From Callorhinchus milii (taxonomy: Eukaryota), in the NCBI RefSeq assembly GCF_018977255.1, contig NW_024704742.1:86802001-86866000 (forward strand): a DNA stretch of 64,000 bases. Direction: 5' to 3'. How positions within the stretch are numbered: position 1 is the first letter of the stretch; each line of letters starts with the position of its first letter. The notes under the pieces were generated by a model. The model saw nothing but the letters and a program-made list of their open reading frames with translations, ran no database searches and was not told the origin of the DNA. The position numbers were made by a program, and so were the translations under genes. This document shows positions 11,331-23,910 of the stretch, piece by piece.

Positions 11331-13269
11331 GCACTCTGCCTCGCAGTGTAATTAGGATGAATCCAGATCAATAGTAGCCTCAGGTTGCTGCTTCTATTTT
11401 AAGCAATTCAATACAAGAGCTTTGAGAGAAGAAATGCACTATAAAAATGTAGAACACTGTGTTCTGTAATTACCTGGTGGAAAACATAATTTGTGTGCAT
11501 GTCGGAAAGGGTGGTGGGGAGGGGGAAAGATGTCAAGTATGGTATAGTGAAGGAGCCCACCCAGTCCACAGTAGTGCTATAATGCAGTATTTCCTCCACC
11601 TCAAACAGAGGCTACACTCCTGTATAAATTTAGAGAAAATATTTTATTCGAAGCTTTCATTTGCTGTGAGTGGTCATCAAATTGTTTGGTACTGGTAGCT
11701 ATTGGAATGGGGTTGTGGAGTGTCGGGGGGGGGGGGGGATGAGAGAAAAGAGTCTACATTTTTAAAAAAATGTCCCATCATCCCTAGTCTTCCTTATTGT
11801 CAAAGGGTTTGGCTCAGTTGGAAGCATACAATCCTTTATATCAAACGATGTGGGAAAGAAAAGGAAAGGATATCAGGAAATGAAAATGTTTGATTTCCAG
11901 TTGAATCATATCACATGGTTTGAGTACACTTGCTGCTCAATGGGGAAAATGTTTGCCAAAGATAAAATAACTGCAGCGCAAACTAATAGTTGAATGGGCT
12001 CCCTGATACATAGCTATACAGTTATAACAAAGCACAGTTAAAAAAAAAAATCCTCCCCTGCTGTGTGGGGCTTTGTTTAATTCTGCAACTTAACACACAT
12101 GAATGAAACGAGAGAGCAAAGCACAATCGCTTTCTTTCCTTAGACTTTTGTTTAACCAAAAAATCATTAAATGTGATTTTCTCAGCATTAAATAATTTTA
12201 AATAAGCAACAGAATAACAAAGCATATACTTTGTCATTCCCGAGATAAGAAATTTGTTGTGGGGGGAAAAAAAAGTTCAGAAGACAATTTCACCTGCATG
12301 AGTTAATTGGCTAACGCTACACTTTACATTCTGATAGTTTCGATTTGAAGCAAAGGAACAAATAAAACCATCACAGCAATGAGAGTTTATGCCAGGTAAT
12401 GTTCTGCTATCTTAAACTTGACAAATACAGGATCATCCGACCTGAGCAGCTGGCTGACAGGAGACTGAAAGTTTGAATTAAAAACGAGATAACGACACAA
12501 ACCAAAAACACAGCCAACAGAACACTCATTTCAAAGCAAGAAACTCACAATTCCACTGAAAATCCTGAGTGAATTCACTGCATGGGCCCATTTTCTTTGC
12601 AATGCTAGGACGGACTTCATTCTGAAATGCAGTGCTGCAGTATGGACAGGATTCGCCCTACAGTAAAGACCCCAGCAGCAATTTCATCCATTTCCAGAAT
12701 TCATCAAGCTAGATTATGTAACCTTAATACAGTGCTGGCCTACATGCACAACAAATCCAGCAGCGATTTTACTGGGAGGCAAAACCATTCCGTTCAGGAC
12801 ACGATCACTCATACGTCCTTGGACACTGTACCAAGTTCGGCACATTATTCCATTGCTTACACTAAGTAAAAAGTATAAACTTCTGTGATAGTGCTATAAG
12901 GTAACAGTGCTCTAAGGTAAGGTAATTACATCCACTCTTACAAAACAACAAAATCAGACAATATTTGTTTGACTGATTATTCAACTTAATTCCACTTACA
13001 TTTTTTATCCACTGTAAAGTAATTATGAAATAGAAATCTCACAGTATTACACTAAATGGATTAACAACTGAACTGCAGGAATGATTACATTTTTAGCTAT
13101 GATTTCACATTAACCTTTGCCCAATCGGTCGAGGCAGGTATGAAGTAAATTAAAACCGCTTTTTAAATTTCAGAAATAATTTCCTATAACCATGTTTTGA
13201 ACACAGATCCGATTCAAAGCATTTTTTTCATTTCCACAAAGAGTTTAGCTGCTGAGTGAATGGCTGAGC

Positions 13270-13500
13270 TGTGCAAACTGGAATGCTCCAGGTTGTATTG
13301 CCCACTCATTGCTGAGTTAGCCAATCCTAACTGAGGTAAGAGCAAAGGGATTACAATCTGTCTCAGCAGCCCTGGTTAGAGAAGCAAAGAGGGAAAGAAA
13401 ATCCCTTTTGGAGACATGTCTGTCATCTGGCAAGGACAGGACACACTCTGTTGTGATGCCCTCTCCTCCCACTCCCCTAACCACTGTCATGGAATTGTAT
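13270..13500 (+). mobile_element. Old SINE-like dispersed repeat, related copies at about 710-900 and 8490-8600
   Basis: Shared degenerate blocks (gagttagc...ttacaa.tg.c.tc...gggaaagaaaatc...gaggacagg...tgtgatgcc). Family not identified. Confidence 0.35.
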
Positions 13501-15863
13501 CTCGATGGAAAGTAAAAAGACATCAAACACCCTTAAGATTCAAGGATATAAGAAACGTGTTTTAATACACAATGATACACATCAGTTTCCTAATTATTAA
13601 CTGTTGAAATCTGATCAAAGAAACCATAGGACTGAGAACGCCATCACGACAAATACAAAAGACTTATGCGCACACACATGCACAGCCATCACAAAATCCC
13701 ATTTTTGCGTGAAGAACATTAACCTCCAAAAGTGCCTTATAGGTCCAAACAAGCCTGTGTTCATTCAAACGTTCTGGAAATGGCTTCATAATTTATATCC
13801 ACAGCGGTTATGAAAAGTTGTGAAATAGGTCAAAGTATTTCAGAAACCACTGTTGAAAACAGGAGTACATCACTTTAGTAACCTGAGGTCCTGTCCATAA
13901 GCCATACTGATCTAAGAATATATCAAATGATAAGCACCAGGAAGTGAAGGATGCAAGCATGTATTCATCCACATCAATACAAAACTGGGTTATAGGTCAC
14001 AGGTGCTCAGTCACACCTGCCAATTCTACAATAGGTACAAATCATCAATCGATTTGATGCACAAGTCACCGTAGCTTGGTTTGCAAGCCATGAAGAGAGG
14101 GGACATTGTTATATTTATTTTTGTGGGGAAGTGTCATGGGGGGTGAAAGTAAATGATTTGCAATGTGAAAGTGCTCCTCTTCGGAAGGTTTTTTTCAGTT
14201 AAAACAAATAATAATTTTGTTTATCGTTGCTAAAGCAGTTTTGTGGAGAAATACAGTGGAAACCATAAAAGATTTTTCTCTCTCAAAGCTACAAAGTACC
14301 TGAAAACAAGCTTAACTTGGGTACAGGCTGTGCAGATGAGCATTCCTTACAAAACCTCTGTGGGCAGAAGCGAACCCAAATTTAATAAAAAAAGACCACT
14401 AGCCCGGAAAGATCTATCTAGATGTGCCAAAAGTGAACACAGTGGAGTCTTCTTGTCATTGCATTCAATTATCAGATGAAGTAAGTCACTTACACACTGT
14501 TCTGCGCATCCTTCTAACCTAAGCAATACCGAAGCCATTAATGCTTCTCCCAAGGCACGCTTTTGATTGAACAAGAATTGATTGTTGAAAATTTAATTAC
14601 ATGTTGCATCTTAAATAATCAACTCCCAAATGTCTCAAAACCCTTATTGTCCCTCCTATTTATAACCATTTCACATCTGTGGATTCCTGTTTTTCTCGCT
14701 TTCTAATCCTGTGCTGCAGTGATTCCATTTGCTATAATCCAGCTTCCACAGTCATTGTGACGAAGCCATTTGTTGGCTGGCTCGAGGCGGACAGGAGCTG
14801 GGGGGGTGGAAGGAAAGCAACAACCTCAGGCCCAAGAGACAGAAAGGTGAACACTTCCAAACTTCTACCATCACATCCCAAAAGTTGACAAGCAAGTTTA
14901 TAGAGGGTGAATCAAAAGTCCTTACTCATAGGGCTATATGAAATGTTCAAACTGCATGCCAGGTAGACATTTACACATATCCACTCGGTGACAAAAAAAA
15001 TCACGAATGTAATGAAAGACATCTCCTGTAATAGCTATATGCTCTTAGTGAATGCAATCTTAAAAAAAACATAATAATTAAAAACTCTGAGTAAGGACGT
15101 ATGATTCACCCTGTATAGTGAGCAATACTTGGTGACTGGGCCTATTGGTTCCATTCCACCCACCTTCCATCCAGCCCTACTTCCTCATGAGTGGCAAATG
15201 CGTCTCTATTTGTAGTTGATATTAGGAGTATACTGTGTGAGGTGTCATAGGTTTTCTGATGTTCAGTTGCACTCCAGCACCAGATTAAACATCCAGGGTT
15301 ACGTGTAGAACACTGATCTCTGCTCACCTTCACTCTTCCAGAGATCCCCTCTGCACATTCACAGGGTCCAATCACCAACACAACACTGTCCTTTCAGTGT
15401 TTATTCAAAACTTCCATCACTCTTTCTAAGCTTTTACATTCCATAAGCCTTTGTTCTACTGCTGACTTCTGCTCATGAAAGCAGTATCAAATATACTTTA
15501 ATTTATAGATACACAACTGTACCACAGCTAAATCACACCCACGTGCCATTTCTTTAATGTTCCTTCAGCAGTGACCAACAACTGAAAACCAACCGCCAGC
15601 TTTCTCCATCCTCATCTAAAACAAGGTCACAAGAGAGGTTTGCGTGAAAGGCCCATTTGCCCCCTTCCTTCCAGAATACCCACTCAACTGTAGCTTCCTA
15701 CATCGCAGCGGATGCAGTGCTAAACTATGAAGACAAGGAAGTTCCAGGGGTGAAACATGATCTGTGTAGAACAGTCAATTTCACCTGGGGCAATCCTATA
15801 CTGTAGGAGCAACACAATAAATCTCCTTTTTATTCTTGAATGGGAGAGGAGAAAGGAAAGAAT

Positions 15864-15866
<3 letters not shown>

Positions 15867-15910
<44 letters not shown>
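15867..15910. repeat. (GA)n microsatellite followed by a degenerate SINE head on the minus strand (15915-15952)
   Basis: Directly visible. Confidence 0.9.
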
Positions 15911-15911
<1 letters not shown>

Positions 15912-17809
15912 CATTTTGCCCTACTGGGAATCAAACCCAGGTTTCTCACTTCAACTCCTTTATGATGTTAGAAAGATGCGAATTGTTGTTCGCATTCCAC
16001 TGACGTTCTATCCACTTGACCGTCAAATATCAAGGCCTGGATAAACCTCAATTTCTTAAAATGGCCAAGCCAGCACTGGAGGGAACTGAGGGATCCATCA
16101 TGTTTAGTTCTTCGAGAAGTCCTTTTGATGTGAAAAGCACTATATAAATGTAAATTGTATTGTATCCTCCTTGGCTCTGGCCAACATCTCCTCACTTCTG
16201 GGTCTTCATTTTCACCACATTGTCTGTCTCCAACCCAATCTCACATTAAACACTGTTAAATCATCATTTACGCCTTAATTACCTTACAACTTGACTTCTC
16301 AAGCGCACTTCGTTACGCCATCTATAAGCTCCAGTCAATACAAAACTCTGCCACCCTCACACTCAACCACACAAAACACTGCATATCCATCAGCCACAGC
16401 CCTGCACAGATCCTCGTCTTCTAAGTGCTCACCATCATCTATATATCCCTTCGTACACCAGACCTGCCCATCTCCTTAATATTCTCCTACACTACACTCT
16501 TGCTCAGCTAATGCGGGCTTGCTGAGCACTTATATAGCGCCCTCCACGAAGGGTAGCGTCTCAGTGGTGGAGCCCAACTCCGATGCTGGGGGTGGGGTGG
16601 GGGGGAGGAGGTGCTCCGAGGCATTATTCTATGTGAAGGACTATGTAACTGTAGGTTTCTAGTGTTCCTATCCTTACCCTCGGTTAATAAGCACATGGGT
16701 GGATGTCATATGAGGACAGCAAAATCGCAATGAAGTGTCTACCAACACTCACTTGACTCGGCTGACGTAAAGAAAAGCTACTTGACTGGGTGCTGGAGAA
16801 CAGCCCAGTGTGTAGCAGTGCACGGAAAAGAGGGGGGTGGGAGATTGTGCAACAGTAATGTACATAGTTACTGGTGTTCAAATGTATACAGCAATTTGGC
16901 TTCTCTAGTTTGCTTAAAACATTCATACTGAAGCTCCTGCAGGCGCCAGTGGCTTTTACAAAATGTTATTAAATACAATATCTCTCTTCGTACAATATAA
17001 ATCACTGAAAAGCGTCTGTAAACAAAAACCAGTAACTCCATTTTCTGGCTGAACCTTTCTTACTGTAACCCCAATCAGGAATTGAAAATAAATGGGACAA
17101 AATATAAAAACAAATGTTATAATCTGGCATATTCTGGTGGGTGTGGTTACACTTGCTTCTTATGGCGGTCTTGTTTAGGTTTTTCATGTGTCCCATCGGG
17201 GAGTGGGGAGCAGTCTTGCAACAGAAATTGCTACAGGTGAAAGCATTAAGAAGTACGAGTCACATTCCAGACAGCATGAATGGGCACTGTACATATAGTA
17301 ACGTACTTACAGGGGAATATTATTGGGAACATTGTGACAATCAACATTTATAAGTGCCCGGACAACTTGCCAAAACTCTCTATAGGCCTCTGAAGTTCAG
17401 TGAGGGTGTGCATTGTTGACCAAGTTTCGAAAACAAGCATGCTGTCAAATTATTTCTTCACAAGTAAAAATCCCTGTTGATGGGCAGATGAAATCCCATT
17501 AGCAAAATTATCTATGCGGCTTTGATTTTAGCAATGAGATAAACTTTAAATTTTTCTTACAAAAAAAGTCACGTGATATAATAGCTACAGAGAGGGTTTA
17601 GCAGACATTCACTTGGAGGATACGAGATTATAGTTATATGAAGAGAATTAAAAAGTTGGGGGCAGCCAATGGTACAGTAGGTAGGTGTTTCAAACCACTT
17701 TACAGTGTAGTGACTGCGTATTTGTGTGTGACTAAAATTTGGTACTGTTGCTTCCCTGGGCAGATGTGTGGGGCACGTACAAGGTATGAAGCTGGGGGAA
17801 AACATTTGC

Positions 17810-17982
17810 AACTCATGGTTCTGGTATTTTTAAAATCACTACCAAACCAGATACTGTGGACCTGCTACCAATCAGATTGCCCGAGGTGAAATATAGGTCA
17901 GTGAAGTGACTTTGTTGTTTTAAATTATAAAATTGATTGAAATTGTAACTCATGGTTCTGGTATTTTTAAAATCACTACCAA
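17810..17982. repeat. 36-bp perfect direct repeat (17810-17845 and 17947-17982)
   Basis: aactcatggttctggtatttttaaaatcactaccaa occurs twice, 137 bp apart. Confidence 0.95.
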
Positions 17983-18469
17983 GTTCACATTGCATCATTG
18001 TGATCCCATTAATTAGGTAATTAACAAGAACACAGTGAAATGAGGAACAGTAACCTGCCATGAATGGGAGAGCTCAAACCAGCAGTAACGTAGACTCTTA
18101 AGGAAGCTTGATTGAGACACGAGAACACAACAAAAATCTTCGCCTCGCCAAGCGTATAAAATATTTTCATTAGGTATTTATACAATTTCATGACAAAATC
18201 CTTGGTCGAAGCAAGATAATAACAATAATAATAAGCTTTGCAATTGATAATTGTTCACTTCTATGGAGGAGCACACCATGATAAGCTGATTGATACCACA
18301 CTGATACCGCATTAGCCACACAACCTACCTCAAAACAAAACCATTACATGATAAAAAAAATTCTAATAAAATTCTTTAAAAAACTCAGTAGACTGCATTT
18401 TGTACATTTTTAAAAAAAACAAATCTTAAAATTTGGACAACCACCATCACCACAACAATTTTACAACAG

Positions 18470-19135
18470 CGAGAAGCATTTATATAGAACGCTTCACATA
18501 GGATAATGTCTTGAGCACTTTACAATGACAGGGTCGGACACTGAGTAAGGGAGAAGGTGACAATAAGCACATTTGAAGTGGTAGGTTTTAAAGCAGAATT
18601 TGAAGACAGAGAAGAGACAAGGTGGAGGGGTAAAGGAGAAAATTCCAGGGAGGTTAGGAGTGTAGTAACTGAAGGCTTGGTCACTGATGGTTGTGAGGAG
18701 GGGGCTGAAGATGGAGTCAAAATATAGGTTTTTGAGATGGGTTTTAAGAACCAAAAGGAACCCAGATTGTTGACACAGGGTGGGTAAAAGCCACAAAGGC
18801 ATTTAAAAAGATAAGGAAGAAGATGTTGAAGTTGATCCACTGGAGGATAAGGAGCCAGTGGAGCTGTGCGAAAATGGGAGTGATGGGCTTGTGGAACTTA
18901 GTATGGGAGAGGATGGGCATTTAGATACTCTGGAGCTTGTGAAGAGTGGAACTGGAGATGTTGAGTCTGGAAGTTACAATATATATAGCGCTCTTTACGC
19001 AGGGCACCATCTCAGAGACAGAGGCGTGGATGAGGGATGAGGTAGTAGGGATCAAGCAGAGGTGGAAGAAAGCAGATTTGGTTGGAGCCCAGATGAAGTA
19101 TTTAGAGAGTTGAGGTTTGAATAAATGGGATATGA
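18470..19135 (-). mobile_element. Degenerate L2 fragment with a nested short L2 tail (about 18970-19020)
   Basis: ORF 18921-19139 (-) contains remnants like SAFFHLCLI and TSRLNISSSTLHKLQ of L2 RT; the 3' UTR resembles other copies. Confidence 0.65.
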
Positions 19136-19220
19136 ACAATAAGTCTAATTAATTTATCAATAATCTGCAGTTAAAAAGAAATACTTAGTCAGTTCAGACT
19201 GAGGAGACCTGAATTCTTAT

Positions 19221-19787
19221 CATAGAATTATACAACACAGAAGGAGGCTATTCGGCCCATTGTGTCTGTGTTGGCTCTTTCAAAAGAGCTATCCAATTCA
19301 ATCCCACTCCATCACGCTCTCCCCATAGCCCTGCAAACTTGTCCTCCTCAAATAATTATCTACTTCTCTCTTAAAAACTGTTATCGAATCAGGTTCCACC
19401 ATCCTTTCAGGAAATGCATTCCAGATCCGAACAACTCGATGTGTAAAACAATTTCTCACCTGTTTCTTTTAACAACCATTTTAAATTGGTGTCCTCGGTT
19501 TACCAACCCATCCTCCAGTGGAAATAGTTTGTCCTTGTTCACCCTATTGAATCCCCTCATAATTTTGAAAACTTCTATTAAATCTCCTCTTAACCTTCTT
19601 TGCTCCAAGGAGAATAATCCACATTCTCTAGCCTCTCCTGATAGCTGAAGTCCCTCATTCCTGGTATCATCCTGGTAAATCTCCTTTGCACCCTTTCCAA
19701 TGCCTTGACATCTTTTCTAAAGTGTGGTGCCCAGAACTGAACACAGTACTCTAGTAGAGGCCTAACCAGTGTTTTATAACAGCTCAT
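19221..19787 (-). mobile_element. CR1 LINE 3' fragment
   Basis: ORF 19590-19787 (YKTLVRPLLEYCVQFWAPHFRKDVKALERVQRRFTRMIPGMRDFSYQERL) is the canonical CR1 RT C-terminus; the 3' end starts catagaat. Confidence 0.93.
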
Positions 19788-19998
19788 CTAATAATCCCTC
19801 CAAAAAAACAAAACAATAATAAATTGGTCATTTTCAATCCACGACTGTTTGTGGGACATTGCTGTGCGCAATTGGCTGCCGCGTTCGCCCACAAATATAC
19901 AGTCAATTCACTTTACAGTATATTCTGTGAAGCGCTTTGGGACGTCTTCAAGACGTGAAAAGCACTATATCAAATGCAAGGATTATTATTATTGTTAT
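19788..19998 (+). mobile_element. 5'-truncated tRNA-SINE (3' half)
   Basis: Near-identical to 25480-25693; ends gcactatatcaaatgcaagg(att)n. Confidence 0.9.
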
Positions 19999-21877
19999 AG
20001 CTATGCATTATCCACAGTACCAATGTTCAAAAAGCCCAATACCAATTGAGTATTCCTCTTACACAAGGGCATTTGTATACTGCAGAACGATTTGATGGGC
20101 TTTGAAAGCTGAGAGGGAGGGAAGCAAGGTGGAGGGATTTGGGAAGAGAGCTCCAGCGGAAGTGAGCAAAGTGGCTGAAGGTTGGCCCGATGATGATAGG
20201 GCAGAATAGTAAAGGGAGTGTTGGCAGAGCAGGGCATAAGGCTGCAGAAGATCACTGAATTAAGCCATTTAAAGGTAAAAATGAGGATATTTAAGTTGAT
20301 TTGCTGGAGGATAGGTGCCAGTGGAGCTGGGTGAGGACGGATAGAGTCCTCGATTAGAAGACCAGGCTCGCTAAAAATAGTACAATATTGAGGCTCAAAG
20401 AACTTAACAAAAAAATTACATTTTTAAAGTGCCTTTCACATCAGGAGGACATCCTAAGGCACTGAGCAGTCAGGGATTAGGATCAACTCACACATACAAA
20501 TCAGTTTTCAAAGACTGTTTATTTCAAGGTAGTTCAAACAATGTACAAATTGTCATAATAAGGTTAGACTATCCACAACGTATCTAAAGAGTCACCAAAA
20601 TTGCCAACAATTGTGTAAACTCACACTCATTTTGAAAAACGGCAAGCCATGCTATAAACAATGAAAAATAAGTTTAATAAAAACCTGCGTTCCATTAAAT
20701 CTCATCTCTGTGTACTAATTAAATAATTCATCCAGCACATGCAGTCCAGAGTGATACCAGCAATGACAGTTGAGGAAAGCAACTACAATTTGCCCTTCTT
20801 GCATCACATGCAATTAACTGGCGGACAGCTGCAGACAACTCAGTCCACCCACCTGTAAAATACCAAGGCAGCTATGGCAGGGAGGCATGATGCAACATCC
20901 ACTTAAAAAAACCACAACTTAAACGTCTTGGGAGGTCGTTGCTGCCATGAAAATACTACATTTCTCAATTCTTTCAATTTGCTGGTAACATTCTTCAGTT
21001 CACTCCATATTTTAGACATGATGCAAGTCTGTTAGCAGACTGGGTGCATGTTCACAAAAAGCGATAAGGTGAGTATTTTTGTTTAAAAAATAACAGGTTA
21101 GTGTGTCAATAGACTGTCAATATTCAACCACCAGTCTCCAACAGTACAATTCGAGCACAGAACAAATCTTGGAATGGACACAACGTGAATGATACACAGT
21201 TTTGAAAGAAACCATACCAAATTGGAAACAAATCTTTGGGATTATAGAAAAGAAAGCACCAGAGTACAATGAATATAGTAATGACTACTTGTCTTCAGCA
21301 AAAACCCTTCAGGTCTATATGCTTTTCCAACTTCTAAATAGAACTGCAAATCTGTTTCCCTTCTTGCTTTGTTTTCATTTATCAGTGTCATATTCATTTA
21401 TCATTCATTCCTCCTTAACTTGCCAACAAAAAGTCACTGCTCTTGAGAATATTTACCTGTGAACCACTTTGCAACAAAAATGCAACTTCTTTAATTCTAT
21501 TTGTTTATCACCATTGTATATATTACTTTGTATTTACTGGCTGGCACATTTGCCAGTAAAATACTGTGAACCGTTTTGAGACATTTCATTGTTCAACACT
21601 CACCCATAAAAAAGTCACTATACCTCACAGTAAATCCTATGAAGATCTTTGAAACATCCTCCAGAAGTGAAAGGAAATAATATTAAATGCAAGGATAATT
21701 AATCATCATTATTGCTACTATATGTACTAAATCAGATCATTGTTCATTAACAACCAGTAGGAGTAATCTTTCACTATTTATCCTTTTAACAAGCTTTCAT
21801 AATTTTGAAGGCCCTTTTCAACCCAATTTTTTCAAGCCTATCTTGATAACTATGATCTCTTCTTAGTCCTGTAATAA

Positions 21878-22200
21878 GGAGTCTTGTAGCTCAGTAGTTA
21901 GAGCACTCGCTTTGCAAGTGAGAGACTTGGGTTTGATTCCCGGCAGGGCGAAACCTTGGGCAAGTTTCCTTACTCCACACGCCTGATAATAATCCCTCAA
22001 GAAAATAATAATAAACTGGTCACTTCAATCCACGACTGTTTGTGGGACGCTGCTGTGCGCAATTGGCTTCCACCTTTTGCCCAGAAAAATACAACCAATT
22101 AATTTTACAATATATTCTGTGAAGCGCTCTGAAACGTCTAGAAATGAAAAGCGCTATATCAAATGCAAGGATTATCATTATATTATTTATTATTATTAAT
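21878..22200 (+). mobile_element. Full-length tRNA-Ala-derived SINE, short subtype
   Basis: GGAGTCTTGTAGCTCAGTAGTTAGAGCACTCGCTTTGCAAGTGAGAG (A box, TGC anticodon loop), B-box-like GGTTTGATTCCC, L2-like tail and (ATT)n. Confidence 0.92.
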
Positions 22201-23024
22201 AAACCTATACTCACTTCCCTAAAATCAATTATTCACTCATGGCCATCCCTCTCAGTATCGACCAATCCCTTTGTGAACAATCAATCTGTCTGCTGCCCAG
22301 TGCAGCCTTCCTCTTTATTTGTATCTATTCGTCACAGAGGTATGAGGTTCCCTCTTTACTTTGTATTAATAACTATTATAATATAACAGTGTTTCAAAGT
22401 ATCGAAATAATCTTCACCTAAATGGCCAGAGTGAAGGATTCACCAACGTGGTGAGGTTTAGTGAATTCGGGCGCCACCCGACACCGCAGTGCACTCCCAA
22501 TTGCTGTAGGCAATGGGGTGAAGTTTTTAAGCCCAAACCTGAACAGACTCACACAGGGTACAGACTATTATTTAGTATGAGGAGGCAATGCCTTCAGTTA
22601 GATTGTGGAACAGCCTAAAACAGTTTGAAAGGTGCGGAGTGCGCTCACATACCACTCCCTTGACTTCAGGGAAGTGATATTTATGAACTCAGAACCATTG
22701 CAGCTCAGATTCCAGCCAAGAAATGCACATGGTGGGTTTCAAACCTCTCAAAAGTCACTAAAGCTACTGACAAGTGATATCGGACCACACCAGACCCCCC
22801 CCCACACACACACACACACACACTGCCTCTCACAATTACACAAGTCGCAGACAATTAAAACACACTCACGGGTGTGCAAGTTAATAGGAGCGGACAGGCA
22901 ATGGCGATGGCAAACGTCTACCGTCTGTGCAAACTTGCAGGTGCTCTGAAAAGTCCCTCCCACAGAAAGAAAAAAACACACCACACAAGTCATATCAGAT
23001 CGTGAACATAAAGCAAGTACTTGC

Positions 23025-23048
23025 CTGATCCTGGAATCTGACAGCCAT
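23025..23048 (-). CDS. TJP2: Candidate alternative first coding exon of TJP2 (MAVRFQDQ) with GC-type donor
   Basis: gcaagATG GCT GTC AGA TTC CAG GAT CAG|gcaagt. Strong Kozak (A at -3, G at +4), otherwise perfect CAG|GCAAGT donor, phase 0, and GC-rich promoter-like sequence upstream (23100-23520). Confidence 0.6.
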
Positions 23049-23099
23049 CTTGCAGATCAGGGGCCAGGTAACAAGATCAGCTCCTCAACCCGACACCTA

Positions 23100-23520
23100 G
23101 ACCCCCCCCACCCACACACACACACACACAACTCACTCAGTCACTCCCTCCCTCCCTCTCTCTCTCTCTGAGTCACTCCCTCAGCACAGCACAGCACAGC
23201 GCGAACGCAGCAGATTCCACCCCAGTCAGGAGGGTCACAGCGAGGGAGGGGGGGAGTGAGGGTGAGGGGTGGGGTCGGGGGGAGACTTTGTATCTTTGTA
23301 CCGTCTCTCAGGTGCCTGTACTACCCCGTACTCACTGGTCGGGAATTCCCACTGCTCCCATTATCCTTTGCAAAGTCTGCCAGCTCAGCCTCCCTCCCCT
23401 CCCCTTCCCTCCCCCGGGACAGAGCCTATCAGCTCCCTGGTTACACCTGGTCTGGGCTGGGCTGGCCTGGTCTGGGCTGGGGCAGGGCACAGGGTGCAGA
23501 GACCAGCCCAGGAGCTCTCT
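23100..23520 (-). promoter_or_regulatory. Candidate alternative promoter/5' UTR for the MAVRFQDQ exon
   Basis: GC-rich with (CA)n/(CT)n tracts, GGGGTGGGG boxes, an AP-1 motif TGAGTCA near 23169 and repeated CTGGG pentamers. Confidence 0.35.
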
Positions 23521-23579
23521 GCGTGACGAGCTTAGGCGCTATATCAAATGCAAGAATTGGTTTTATTGTTAAGGTGTAG

Positions 23580-23675
23580 TATTGTTAAGCTCCCTGGAGT
23601 GCAACCGAGGGAGTTCAGCTGCTGATCCGTCAAAAGAGCGAGAGTGCAGTATGCACTCCAGGGAGTTTAACAATA
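23580..23675. repeat. 96-bp palindromic MITE-like element with 24-bp inverted arms
   Basis: tattgttaagctccctggagtgca (23580-23603) and tgcactccagggagtttaacaata (23652-23675) are complementary at 23 of 24 positions. Confidence 0.85.
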
Positions 23676-23910
23676 ATCCTCGCATTTGATACAGCGGCTT
23701 ATCAAGTCATCGAGACGTCTCAAAGCACTTCATAGGAGTTAGTGTAAAAGTGGATTGACTGTGTGTTTTGTGGGTGAAACGCAGCGGCCTGCAATGTCTG
23801 CAATAAACAGCCAAGGAGTGAGTAATCAATTTGGTTTTTTTTGGTGGGTGGGGCGCGGTGGGGATTGTTGGCCAGGACACCGGGAGAAGCTCAACTCCAC
23901 AGAGCATGTG
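23672..23910 (-). mobile_element. Deu-type SINE 3' part
   Basis: aataatcctcgcatttgatacagcg tail and gttggccaggacaccgggagaa block, shared with 38795-39060 and 45550-45820. Confidence 0.75.

Noticed and set aside
14296..14345. Minus-strand ATG...TTCAG|gtactt mini-exon (MLICTACTQVKLVF)
   Set aside because: Phase 2, incompatible with the phase-0 TJP2 exon 2, and the donor is weak.
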